A DNA stretch of 63,712 bases, filler included, from Octopus bimaculoides (Eukaryota): the NCBI RefSeq assembly GCF_001194135.2. It is 6 parts of 6 records of this genome, joined end to end, with 100 filler letters (N's around TTAATTAATTAA, not from the genome) between each part and the next. Parts side by side here need not be neighbours in the genome. Positions count along the whole stretch, not along the records: positions 48,000 to 54,587 come from NC_068987.1; positions 54,688 to 62,472 come from NC_068994.1; positions 62,573 to 63,712 come from NW_026416474.1; 3 more parts are not named here. One strand, 5' to 3'. Shown here in pieces: positions 52,222 to 63,712 of the stretch (position 1 is the first letter of the stretch; every line of letters begins with the position of its first letter). A program made the position numbers and the translations under genes. A model generated the notes under the pieces. It saw only the letters and a list, made by a program, of their open reading frames with translations, was not told where the DNA came from and made no database searches.

Positions 52222-52520
52222 CTGTTTAACATTTTCCCGAAAGAGATCAAGGAAGAAAATGATCCCATCACCTTTAAACAGAGTCTGGACAGATTTCTTC
52301 AAGGAATACCGGATAAGCCACCCATACTTGGATACAACTCACTCAACAAGAACTCACTACTTGAATGGACCATAAACAAAACTTGACTTAAACAGGATTT
52401 AGATAATCCTATCAGGTGGTACTATTAAGTTAGACATGGTCTGGATCAATCTTTGGTCGAAATATATCTAAGTTTATCTAAGTTCTAAGTTTATCTAAGT
52501 TCTAAGTTTATCTAAGTTTA
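52222..52520 (+). mobile_element. 5'-truncated CR1/Jockey-group LINE 3' end with a tandem-repeat tail
   Basis: 52222-52386 translates LFNIFPKEIKEENDPITFKQSLDRFLQGIPDKPPILGYNSLNKNSLLEWTINKT* (LFN.LP..I / FK..LD.FL..IPD.P pattern). The 3' end is ATCTAAGTTT/CTAAGTT tandem units at 52466-52520. Confidence 0.75.
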
Positions 52521-52560
52521 CATATATATACACACACATATATATCTAACATAAGGGTAA

Positions 52561-52747
52561 AGACCCCCTTCAGTCATAAATGACTATGAGATTGTATCTA
52601 GAAAGTTCTGCTACGAGAGGTAAGTGCGGGCAGGTTTGTTTGTGGAAGACCAGTAGTCGTCTATGCAAACGAGCTTCTCCACTGCACACCACTGATATTA
52701 TCCAAGGGAAAGGCAAAAGCCGATACAGCTTGGCACCAGCGACGTCG
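52561..52747 (-). mobile_element. SINE family C, 3' half
   Basis: Reverse-complement homology to 53057-53243. Confidence 0.8.
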
Positions 52748-52799
52748 TGATCACTGAGCCATTCGTCTTCGTACATATTAGATATACAGTATATGTAGT

Positions 52800-52852
<53 letters not shown>

Positions 52853-52913
52853 GCACACATGCACACGCACACACATGCACATATATATTACATACATAAT
52901 ACAAAAACATGAA

Positions 52914-53244
52914 AGCGCATGGCTCAGTGGTTAGAGCGTTGAGCTTACGATCGTGAGGTTGTGAGTTCGAATCCCAGACCGGGCTGCGTGCTGTGTTCTT
53001 GAGCAAGACACTTTATTTCACGTTGCTCCAGTCCATTCAGCTGTAGAAATGAGTTGCGACGTCACAGGTGCCAATCTGTATCGGCCTTTGCCTTTCCCTT
53101 GGATAACACTGGTGGCATGGAGAGGGGAGGCCGGTACGCATGGGCGACTGCTGGTCTTCCATAAACATCCTTGCCCGGACTTGTGCTTCGGAGGGTAACT
53201 TTCTAGGTGCAATCCCATGGTCAGTCATGACCGAAGGGGGTCTC
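52914..53244 (+). mobile_element. Full-length tRNA-headed SINE with a CORE-like central domain (family C)
   Basis: A box TGGCTCAGTGG 52920-52930 and B box GAGTTCGAATC 52963-52973. Then gtgttcttgagcaagacactttatttcac..cagctgtagaaatg, which resembles the CORE domain known from octopus OR-type and mammalian MIR SINEs. Confidence 0.82.
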
Positions 53245-54542
53245 AGGAATACAAAAACACCCTGCAGACTTCGGTAGTCAATAAAATTTAAATAAATTTA
53301 AAAAGTTTATTCTGTTTGTGCGGCCCCGTGGTTGAGGACTCTGGTGTACAAGGCTGCAGCAAAATAATTGAACAACAATAGATACACACAAACGAACACA
53401 TGCACTCGCTCGCGCTCACACACACAAATTTCGGCTATATTACCACCCAGATAAGAGATAAGTCGGGCGCTGTACAGCAACAAAATCTTTTTTCTTCGGT
53501 CCTCAAACAATAACGATTGCAGTTATAGTTACATAAAGCGAAACTTGTACGTTGTTAACAAAGATCGCCTTGAATGAGAGCACAAGTGGAAAATAGACAG
53601 AAAGGTGGCTATTGTTGTTGATGACGCAGCATTTTGTTGAAAGAAAGGGTTCTTCTTAAAAAGCCACGTGTCAAGTAAGAGCACGCAAAACTATAAGCAA
53701 CACAGCAATTTACAAAAATGAATGGAGCAGCTCTTACATTTTATAATAGCCTTTGCTTTGAATAGTTCATTGTTTGGGTTTGCTTGTGTTTCGTATAATT
53801 TTAAACTTCCAGTGCAACATTACTAAGCATTATGGCTCAATCCAAAACATTGATATTCTCGTCGTGATCGTCTGGTATTTAAGGAGTATACAGGGGTAAT
53901 AATACCCAACACATCTTTCACCGTTTTGGAACAGCATGTGATTCCAAAGTGATTTTGCTGTTATTGATAGCATAACAAGTGACAGGTTAATGACACTCTG
54001 CCCTACATTCAATTTAATTCAATTCAATCTCTTATTTAAGTGGCTAAATAGAAAGACAGTGGAGTAACGTGTGTGTGAGTGTGTTTCTCCTTTAATAAGA
54101 TAGTCGTGAATTCTTCCTCTCTGAAGACGAAGTAGTTGGCTTTGTATGGACAGCTCCATTCGTTGAGATACGCGCAATAAGCGCAGCTCTTCTAGAAATA
54201 GCTGTAAGGGAGACTTTATGCACAACTTCTTACACCTTTGTAACAACTCTACACATATGTTTGAATTAAAAATCCCATTCTCTCGAAAGGGATACATGTT
54301 TTGCCTGTTCCTTCTTTCTTTCTACTATGTATGTGTGTGTACTTGTGGTGTGTGTGCGTGCGCGTGCGTGTGTGTTTGTGTGTGTATGTGTGTATATGTG
54401 TGCGAGCGCTTGCGTGTGTGTGTTTACATATGTATATATATATATATATATAATAGCGATGAACAGTCATCTATATGCTATGCTGGATACACGGTGTTCG
54501 TTTGGTATGTTGATTCACTGTTTATTTCTATTTTCCTTGACC

Positions 54543-54587
<45 letters not shown>

Positions 54588-54687
54588 NNNNNNNNNNNNN
54601 NNNNNNNNNNNNNNNNNNNNNNNNNNNNNNNTTAATTAATTAANNNNNNNNNNNNNNNNNNNNNNNNNNNNNNNNNNNNNNNNNNNN
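54588..54687. other. Artificial scaffold spacer (4 of 5)
   Basis: Linker 54632-54643 with 44 N on each side. Confidence 0.95.
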
Positions 54688-54734
54688 TCTCTCTCATTCT
54701 CTCACTCTCTCTCTCTTTCTCTCTCATTCTCTCA

Positions 54735-54778
<44 letters not shown>

Positions 54779-54812
54779 GTCTCTCTCTCTGTCTCTCTCT
54801 CCCTCTCTCTTT
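54688..54812. repeat. (CT)n tract
   Basis: Direct reading. Confidence 0.95.
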
Positions 54813-54821
54813 CTCATTTCA

Positions 54822-54853
54822 TATAAAAGCCACCCAAAGACTGAAATACAGTT
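54822..54853 (+). promoter_or_regulatory. Possible TATA + Inr core promoter
   Basis: TATAAAAG at 54822-54829 and ACAGTT (one mismatch to TCAGTT) with its central A at 54850, 28 nt from the TATA start. Motif match only. Confidence 0.2.
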
Positions 54854-55160
54854 TAAAGAATTTGGTAAGAACATGAAACGAAGGCTCTTCATGATCGCCC
54901 CTCCGTAACCAAATACGACGGTCATCAAAAGGTAGCCATCTGAAAAGTGTTCTTTCCTAGCATGGTACCCTGTTTGATTTTGGCAAGGATCGTTAGAACT
55001 TCCGGTTCAGGAAATCTAGTGATTCTGAGGTCTTGATTTCATATTTTGTTATTTCTGGGAAATTAAACGCCTTAAATAAACGACTGCAAATTGAACAGAT
55101 GACCCGGGGATTGCAAAGTCAGGATGTTTCGTTTTATCATGATTTGTGTAATTTTTAAAA

Positions 55161-55167
55161 TTTTATT

Positions 55168-55210
<43 letters not shown>

Positions 55211-55229
55211 TCTACTTATTTATTTATTT
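55161..55229. repeat. (TTTA)n microsatellite
   Basis: Direct reading. Confidence 0.95.
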
Positions 55230-56041
55230 AGAAGGTCAAAGTCATTAAAATTTTCCTCTCTCGCTTCACACAAATCAATCCTTCTTCTCCTCCTCCTCCT
55301 CCTCCTCCTGCTTTGCTTGATAATATTAATGAAACGCATTCGTCCTTCCTTGCCAGATATTTGAGCATTAAATCACACGACAAACCTAATGGCCCATTGA
55401 AATAACGATTTCTTTAGTTTTATTTGATTGCAATTAATAAAAAATAAATTTAGTTTCACAAACAGATTCAATAATTGCCACAACAAAACAACTACAGTAA
55501 ATATAGACACACACACACNNNNNNNNNNNNNNNNNNNNNNNNNNNNNNNNNNNNNNNNNNNNNNNNNNNNNNNNNNNNNNNNNNNNNNNNNNNNNNNNNN
55601 NNNNNNNNNNNNNNNNNNNNNNNNNNNNNNNNNNNNNNNNNNNNNNNNNNNNNNNNNNNNNNNNNNNNNNNNNNNNNNNNNNNNNNNNNNNNNNNNNNNN
55701 NNNNNNNNNNNNNNNNNNNNNNNNNNNNNNNNNNNNNNNNNNNNNNNNNNNNNNNNNNNNNNNNNNNNNNNNNNNNNNNNNNNNNNNNNNNNNNNNNNNN
55801 NNNNNNNNNNNNNNNNNNNNNNNNNNNNNNNNNNNNNNNNNNNNNNNNNNNNNNNNNNNNNNNNNNNNNNNNNNNNNNNNNNNNNNNNNNNNNNNNNNNN
55901 NNNNNNNNNNNNNNNNNNNNNNNNNNNNNNNNNNNNNNNNNNNNNNNNNNNNNNNNNNNNNNNNNNNNNNNNNNNNNNNNNNNNNNNNNNNNNNNNNNNN
56001 NNNNNNNNNNNNNNNNNNNNNNNNNNNNNNNNNNNNNNNNN

Positions 56042-56235
56042 AGTAGTAGTAGTAGTAGTAGTAGTAGTCGTTAATGCTCAGGTCGGTGGTGGTGGTGGTG
56101 GTGGTGGTGGTAGTACTCCTACTACTACTACTACTACTACTAGTAGTAGTACAACTAATGCTGCTGCCGCTACTACTACTAATACTACTACAAATGCTGC
56201 TGCTACTGCTGCTTCCACCACTACCACTACTAATG

Positions 56236-56276
<41 letters not shown>
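56042..56276. repeat. Mixed in-phase trinucleotide low-complexity tract (AGT/GGT/ACT/GCT)
   Basis: Direct reading. Confidence 0.85.
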
Positions 56277-57850
56277 GTCTCCCCGCCACCACTACAACCC
56301 ACTTCCCTCACCTACACGTCCTGCAACAGCAGCCAAGACCAACGGTAACCTTGCACCAGCCATTTACATGAGAAGAGCGATTTGAGGTGGATAATAACTA
56401 AATGGCGTGATTGGAAGGGGCTGGAGTGCGTCCCCCTGTCCGATCTGCCGTCACCATGGTGAAGGGTCAGTTGGCGGCCAATCAATGAGCAGACACGTGC
56501 TGCTCTGATGCAAATCTTTATCGCTTTTACTACCTCCCTCCTCCTTTCTCTCCCACTCGCCCCCTTACTCATTTACCTCCCATGAACCATAAACAAATGA
56601 GCGTGTGTGTGAGTATATATATACGCCGGAGTTTTAATGGTGGCAGCTGATGAAGGGGATGTTTCTATGTTGCCTGCTTGTTTGTTGCACCTTGTTTACC
56701 ATTTTGTCCTTGTTCTTTTGCCACGTCATGTACCCAGTTATGTATCTATATGTACATGTAGATGAACGTATATACATACATGTACATATATATGCATATA
56801 CTCATATATTGTTTATATATATATATATATATATATATGTATTAATGGACGGTTGGATGGATGGGTGGATGAGTGGATGGATGGATGGATGGATGGATGG
56901 ATGGATGGNNNNNNNNNNNNNNNNNNNNNNNNNNNNNNNNNNNNNNNNNNNNNNNNNNNNNNNNNNNNNNNNNNNNNNNNNNNNNNNNNNNNNNNNNNNN
57001 NNNNNNNNNNNNNNNNNNNNNNNNNNNNNNNNNNNNNNNNNNNNNNNNNNNNNNNNNNNNNNNNNNNNNNNNNNNNNNNNNNNNNNNNNNNNNNNNNNNN
57101 NNNNNNNNNNNNNNNNNNNNNNNNNNNNNNNNNNNNNNNNNNNNNNNNNNNNNNNNNNNNNNNNNNNNNNNNNNNNNNNNNNNNNNNNNNNNNNNNNNNN
57201 NNNNNNNNNNNNNNNNNNNNNNNNNNNNNNNNNNNNNNNNNNNNNNNNNNNNNNNNNNNNNNNNNNNNNNNNNNNNNNNNNNNNNNNNNNNNNNNNNNNN
57301 NNNNNNNNNNNNNNNNNNNNNNNNNNNNNNNNNNNNNNNNNNNNNNNNNNNNNNNNNNNNNNNNNNNNNNNNNNNNNNNNNNNNNNNNNNNNNNNNNNNN
57401 NNNNNNNNNNNNNNNNNNNNNNNNNNNNNNNNNNNNNNNNNNNNNNNNNNNNNNNNNNNNNNNNNNNNNNNNNNNNNNNNNNNNNNNNNNNNNNNNNNNN
57501 NNNNNNNNNNNNNNNNNNNNNNNNNNNNNNNNNNNNNNNNNNNNNNNNNNNNNNNNNNNNNNNNNNNNNNNNNNNNNNNNNNNNNNNNNNNNNNNNNNNN
57601 NNNNNNNNNNNNNNNNNNNNNNNNNNNNNNNNNNNNNNNNNNNNNNNNNNNNNNNNNNNNNNNNNNNNNNNNNNNNNNNNNNNNNNNNNNNNNNNNNNNN
57701 NNNNNNNNNNNNNNNNNNNNNNNNNNNNNNNNNNNNNNNNNNNNNNNNNNNNNNNNNNNNNNNNNNNNNNNNNNNNNNNNNNNNNNNNNNNNNNNNNNNN
57801 NNNNNNNNNNNNNNNNNNNNNNNNNNNNNNNNNNNNNNNNNNNNNNNNNN

Positions 57851-57986
<136 letters not shown>

Positions 57987-58918
57987 AGAATGACCATTCA
58001 ATTCGTTCAGCAGAGTTTTATGTTTATATAATTAACGTCTAATGATTCATCACTGGATGGTTTTTATAAGACTTTTAGTACACATCCATGTGCAGAGACC
58101 ACAGCAGTGTTCTTTCAGACCTGATTTACCTTAATGGGGTGTGTGGNNNNNNNNNNNNNNNNNNNNNNNNNNNNNNNNNNNNNNNNNNNNNNNNNNNNNN
58201 NNNNNNNNNNNNNNNNNNNNNNNNNNNNNNNNNNNNNNNNNNNNNNATATATATTTCATTTTCCTATATATACATATATATATATATACATATATATATA
58301 CAGATATCTATAGATGTGCATGTATGTGTATGTGTGCGTATAACACACACATACCGATCGTGCTAGTGGTTGTGGTGGTAATGATGTTGGTGGAGTTGAC
58401 GACGGTATGTAATAAGCCTACCTTATTTATTTAGATTTTGATACACACACATATAAAGACATGACTTGCAATCACAAACCGAAAGGAAAAAGAGAAAAAA
58501 AAACCCAAACAAAACAAAACAAAAAACAAGAATGAATAAATAAAACAATTTTCCTATAAACTTTTCAATTTCTAATTTGAAAAATGAAATTTATCTGGTT
58601 TCCATAAATATGTTTAAAATTTAATTTTAAACTGCACTGATGATGGAGGTCTATGAAAATTGCAATGTTTTGTCGCTAATAAAAGAAATAATCATCATCA
58701 TCGTTATCCTTACGTTATCATCATCATCATCATCGTCGTCATCGTCGTCATCATTATTACCATCATTATTGCCATTATGAATACCAGTAGAACACTAGGG
58801 TCGATGTAATCGACTTCCCCCTCTCATCAAAAACTGCCGGCCCTGTGCCAAAATTTGGAATTATTATCATCATCATCATCATCATCATCATCATTATTAT
58901 CATTATTATTATTATTAT

Positions 58919-59395
58919 TGAGTGAGAGAGCAGTGCATACCATCAAAATGACACTGGGGTAAAATATACGAAACCCAGTATACCCATCATGACTACCCGT
59001 CTGATAAGGGTACATCAGGCACATGCATCACAACCATATGTGCATGACATAGTAATCTCATATCAAGATTAACAGCGCATGACCTCGCAGGTGGGGCGTA
59101 GTTAGTATTTTCTTCAGGTCGAGTAGCCCATCCCGCTCAAAAGGTCCATGAATAAGGTTTGTTTAAGGATATTGAGCAAAACACGAATGTTTCCAAAGGT
59201 GAACTACTCAAACCCCAAAGAATTCCTCTCAACACATGGCTATGATGCTCCCCCACTACTTCTGCTCGTGATTAGAGATGCACATATCGTCAGCCACCAA
59301 GTTACATGCTCAACTGGTTAAGGTCAAACAACTGACAAGTAAATCTGTGGTATTGAGCAGAATATTTGCTGTAACCCATCTTTTCTACCAAGACA
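58919..59395 (-). mobile_element. TAA-associated family copy 4, 5'-truncated, with (TTAGGG)~3.5 at the 5' junction (59395-59416)
   Basis: Reverse complement of 4345-4824, flanked by (ATT)n on both sides. Confidence 0.85.
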
Positions 59396-59416
59396 GGGTT
59401 AGGGTTAGGGTTAGGG

Positions 59417-59482
<66 letters not shown>

Positions 59483-60523
59483 TTCTTCGCCTTAGCGAAG
59501 GCTGGGGTATTTTTTCAATCGTGTTTGTTTGTCCATGGNNNNNNNNNNNNNNNNNNNNNNNNNNNNNNNNNNNNNNNNNNNNNNNNNNNNNNNNNNNNNN
59601 NNNNNNNNNNNNNNNNNNNNNNNNNNNNNNNNNNNNNNNNNNNNNNNNNNNNNNNNNNNNNNNNNNNNNNNNNNNNNNNNNNNNNNNNNNNNNNNNNNNN
59701 NNNNNNNNNNNNNNNNNNNNNNNNNNNNNNNNNNNNNNNNNNNNNNNNNNNNNNNNNNNNNNNNNNNNNNNNNNNNNNNNNNNNNNNNNNNNNNNNNNNN
59801 NNNNNNNNNNNNNNNNNNNNNNNNNNNNNNNNNNNNNNNNNNNNNNNNNNNNNNNNNNNNNNNNNNNNNNNNNNNNNNNNNNNNNNNNNNNNNNNNNNNN
59901 NNNNNNNNNNNNNNNNNNNNNNNNNNNNNNNNNNNNNNNNNNNNNNNNNNNNNNNNNNNNNNNNNNNNNNNNNNNNNNNNNNNNNNNNNNNNNNNNNNNN
60001 NNNGTATGTATGTATCAAGTAAGTTTTGTGTGTGTCGAGGCGGTGTTGGTGGGTGGATGTAGGTTTATAATTAAACGGTTGTAATTTCAGGTTAATTAGG
60101 TTAGTGAAAGGGGACAGATGAGTACCCTAATTCTTGCTGCTGAATAAAGAGGATTAGAGGATATTAGGAATGACAGGAAGTGGGATTATTAAGGTTTGCT
60201 CTCACTGCCAGCGCCCCCACCAACACCACCACCACCTCTACCATAACTGCACTCTCCAAGATACACCAAATTTCATTTGTGTCCTAATTCTAGTTTTCGC
60301 TTCGTGTGTTGAGAGGCGGCGCGCGTAATTATACGTACATTTGTATTTGCGTGTGAATATGCATGCATGTATGTATGTATGTACGTATGTGTGTGTGTGT
60401 GTGTATGTGTATGTATGTGTGTGCGCGTGTGTGTGAGTGCATGTGCGTAATTTTACACCGCCTCCTCCCGTCACTCTCTTTCTATGTCAGTTTGCAGTCT
60501 CCTTTCATACTCTTTCGATATAT

Positions 60524-60564
<41 letters not shown>

Positions 60565-60627
60565 CACACACAGAGGCATATAAAGTATTTATGTACATAT
60601 ATATGGATATACATATATATATATACG

Positions 60628-60661
<34 letters not shown>

Positions 60662-61304
60662 AGTGTGTATTTATATACGCACATATGTGCATATATATGC
60701 ATATATATGCATATATATATANNNNNNNNNNNNNNNNNNNNNNNNNNNNNNNNNNNNNNNNNNNNNNNNNNNNNNNNNNNNNNNNNNNNNNNNNNNNNNN
60801 NNNNNNNNNNNNNNNNNNNNNNNNNNNNNNNNNNNNNNNNNNNNNNNNNNNNNNNNNNNNNNNNNNNNNNNNNNNNNNNNNNNNNNNNNNNNNNNNNNNN
60901 NNNNNNNNNNNNNNNNNNNNNNNNNNNNNNNNNNNNNNNNNNNNNNNNNNNNNNNNNNNNNNNNNNNNNNNNNNNNNNNNNNNNNNNNNNNNNNNNNNNN
61001 NNNNNNNNNNNNNNNNNNNNNNNNNNNNNNNNNNNNNNNNNNNNNNNNNNNNNNNNNNNNNNNNNNNNNNNNNNNNNNNNNNNNNNNNNNNNNNNNNNNN
61101 NNNNNTATATATATATATATACATATATATCTACATATATATACACACATATATATATGTATATATCGATATACTTGAACTTAGAAGAAGGCAACGTCTT
61201 CTAAAGACTTTGCCAATTCGCCGCCTACTTAGATTGATTCTGTGGCTTATAACTCTGGCTCAGCCAAAATATCTGTGTGTGTGTGTGTGTGTATGTGTGT
61301 GTAT

Positions 61305-61349
<45 letters not shown>

Positions 61350-61473
61350 AGCAAGTATATGTATGTATACATACACACAAATACATATACATGCATCATG
61401 TATACACAAAAGCACCCGCACACGCTGGCAGTATTGATTCATTATTAAACTGAACATGAAACTAAGATATGGA

Positions 61474-61541
<68 letters not shown>

Positions 61542-61625
61542 TTGGTGGTGCTGATGGTAGTAGTAGTGATGATGTTGGTGGTGGTGGTAATGGTGATGAT
61601 GGTGGTGGTGGTGTTGGTGGTGGAA
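61474..61625. repeat. (AGT)n grading into a (GGT/GAT) tract
   Basis: Direct reading. Confidence 0.9.
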
Positions 61626-61902
61626 GTGGCGTCCACTGCGCAGTCAGGAGTCATTAGGCAAGTACGCCTTGCTCAATATTATTGAGTGACGTAAGAGAAG
61701 TCGGAGACAACACCTCTTTGTAACCAATTAAACAGCAGGAAAACACCCAAAAATTTGATGCGATCCGTCCGAATTAAGAGAACAGCGCGCTATCAGTTGT
61801 CTGGTGTGAAATATTTAGGACATGTCGCTTTGATTTGCCAAATGGATGTACTTTAAAATGGTCACGAAGTACGAAAAGAAGAAAATAGGTGCATGTGTGT
61901 GT

Positions 61903-62133
61903 TATTTCTTTACTACCCGCAAGGGGCTACACACAGAGGGGACAAACAAGGACAGACAAACGGATTAAGTCGATTACATCGACCCCAGTGCGTAACTGGT
62001 ACTTATTTAATCGACCCCGAAAGGATGAAAGGCAAAGTCGACTTCGGCGGAATTTGAACTCAGAACGTAACGGCAGACGAAATACCGCTAAGCATTTCGC
62101 CCGGCGTGCTAACGTTTCTGCCAGCACACCGCC
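61903..62133 (-). mobile_element. Full-length, little-diverged SINE family A copy
   Basis: The reverse complement begins GGCGGTGTGCTGGCAGAAACGTTAGCACGCC, has the B box GAGTTCAAATTCC and ends gtagtaaagaaata. Confidence 0.9.
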
Positions 62134-62302
62134 CGGGATGCATGTGTGTGTATGTGTCAGAGTGTGTGTGTTTGTGTGTGTGTTTTCTGTCTGCCGTAAC
62201 TATATTATTAGAAGTATTGTCTTCTCATTTTAACTTCAATGGCGTAAATAAACTTGTTGCCTTCTTTACGTCGTCGAGACGTTTGTAGTGGGGTTCATAA
62301 AA

Positions 62303-62303
<1 letters not shown>

Positions 62304-62347
<44 letters not shown>

Positions 62348-62351
62348 GCTG

Positions 62352-62402
<51 letters not shown>
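62304..62402. repeat. (ACT)n microsatellite
   Basis: Direct reading. Confidence 0.95.
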
Positions 62403-62472
62403 ACCTCCTTTATTCTGTTAAGTTTGTAGTAACTTCATAAAACCACCCAACACCACCACCACCACCATCACC

Positions 62473-62572
62473 NNNNNNNNNNNNNNNNNNNNNNNNNNNN
62501 NNNNNNNNNNNNNNNNTTAATTAATTAANNNNNNNNNNNNNNNNNNNNNNNNNNNNNNNNNNNNNNNNNNNN
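62473..62572. other. Artificial scaffold spacer (5 of 5)
   Basis: Linker 62517-62528 with 44 N on each side. Confidence 0.95.
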
Positions 62573-63052
62573 TGTATTATGTCAATTTACCTGTTTATTT
62601 TTCAACTAAGAGGACAATAAAGACAATATACAAACACATGACATATTGTGTCATATCAGTAATTAAAAAGGACATCTAGTGACTGAAGAAGGGACAATAT
62701 CTTACAGCTGTTTCAGCTTAGTGTTGACATGCCTCATTCTATCTATATAACTCCAGTAAGCTGGAGCAATTGATAGATGAAATGGATGAAATAGAGGTAC
62801 ATGTATGATTCTCTAGGCCTCTTCATAGATTTACATTTTATCTATCAATTACTCCAGCTTACTGGAGTTATATAGATAGAATGAGGCATGTCAACACTAA
62901 GCTGAAACAGCTGTAAGACATTATCCCTTCATTGGTCACTAGATGTCCTTTTTAATTTTTAATTACTGATATGACAATATGTCATATGTGTTTGTATATT
63001 GTCTTCATTGTCCTCTTAGTTGAAAAATAAACAGGTAAATTGACATAATACA
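62573..63052. repeat. 480-bp near-perfect inverted repeat (arms ~225 bp, loop ~20 nt)
   Basis: 62573-62797 is the reverse complement of 62818-63052, with scattered substitutions and small indels. Confidence 0.95.
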
Positions 63053-63712
63053 ATGTCTGCAAGTTGATGAATACCACATATTCCCCTCCATTTTCTTATT
63101 GCTATATAACTCATGAACCTGTGAATGATACCATGTTAGAAAAACGACATTTCATCACATCTGAACACCTAATTTTTTTCCATTCTGAAAACCATTTGTA
63201 TGTGTGCAAGTTTACTATTATGGTCTTGTAAACATGCAAATTAAAATATAGAGCAACAGATGATAGAAATCAGACAAAATGCCATCAGGAATCAAATCTG
63301 GACCAAGTCAACTGTGTCTTATGAACCATTTAAAGGTCAATAAAATAATAGTCTAGTACAGGGAAAAGAATAATACCACAGATATTCAGTTTAAATTTTT
63401 TTGACTAGTAATTAGTGATTTTTAAAAACAGTACAAGATGACAAGAAGAATGTAATCAGTTATATCAATCTCTGAAAAGTGATTTTGGTAGGATTTGAAC
63501 TCTATCAAAGAAACAGCTAAATACTAAAAGATATATCTAACCTGGTACTGTACGAGTGCTGTCATCTAGAGCTGTTAATAGCAATAATAATAACCTTTAC
63601 TTTGGCAGAAGTGTGCAGTTTGTATGAGAGGGTATAACCAAATCAGTCTAACCTAGTTTATCAACTCTGGAGCGATGAAAAGTAACGTCAACCTCAGTAA
63701 AATATGAACTCA

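Noticed and set aside
52466-52520. 17-bp tandem repeat as a CRISPR-like or independent minisatellite
   Set aside because: There are no spacers, and it lies at the 3' end of a CR1-like fragment, so it is best read as the LINE tail.
52914-52990. tRNA-like cloverleaf head
   Set aside because: It continues directly into a SINE body with other copies in the window and has no proper acceptor stem, so it is a SINE head rather than a tRNA gene.
56478-56499. ER-stress element CCAAT-N9-CCACG
   Set aside because: Spacing and sequence do not match (CCAAT-N10-ACACG).
61181-61204. Perfect 8-bp hairpin TTAGAAGA..TCTTCTAA
   Set aside because: Expected by chance in 60 kb of AT-rich DNA, with no supporting context.
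62573-63052. Assembly fold-back artefact as the explanation of the palindrome
   Set aside because: The arms carry multiple substitutions and indels. An artefact would be expected to be essentially identical, though long reads are needed to be sure.

Overview
AT-rich, microsatellite-saturated animal DNA, most likely an octopus (coleoid cephalopod) draft assembly. That call rests on my recognition of the SINE families and on the TTAGGG telomere motif. Five identical 100-bp spacers (44 N + TTAATTAATTAA + 44 N) show the window is six joined pieces (1-7092, 7193-23375, 23476-47899, 48000-54587, 54688-62472, 62573-63712), so adjacency across spacers may not be biological. Content is mostly decayed transposons: R4/Dong-like LINEs sitting in (TAA)n tracts, L1/Tx1-like and CR1-like fragments, a Ty3/Gypsy gag, four mariner relics, a Penelope-like GIY-YIG element, a hAT-Charlie MITE, inverted-repeat elements and at least three tRNA-headed SINE families. 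I see no intact TE ORF, rRNA, intact tRNA or CRISPR array. Most ORF-track entries are N-gaps or microsatellite translations. A few possible host exons are present but I cannot name them. Best leads: an atypical minimal-hammerhead-like motif in two repeat copies, a 5'-inverted Tx1 insertion, a mariner deletion with microhomology, telomeric repeats at TE junctions, a 480-bp hairpin, an inverted SINE pair, and a GC-rich exon-like island encoding a Pro/Arg-rich peptide. Nothing here demonstrates a new biological system. All family calls were made by eye, without searches.
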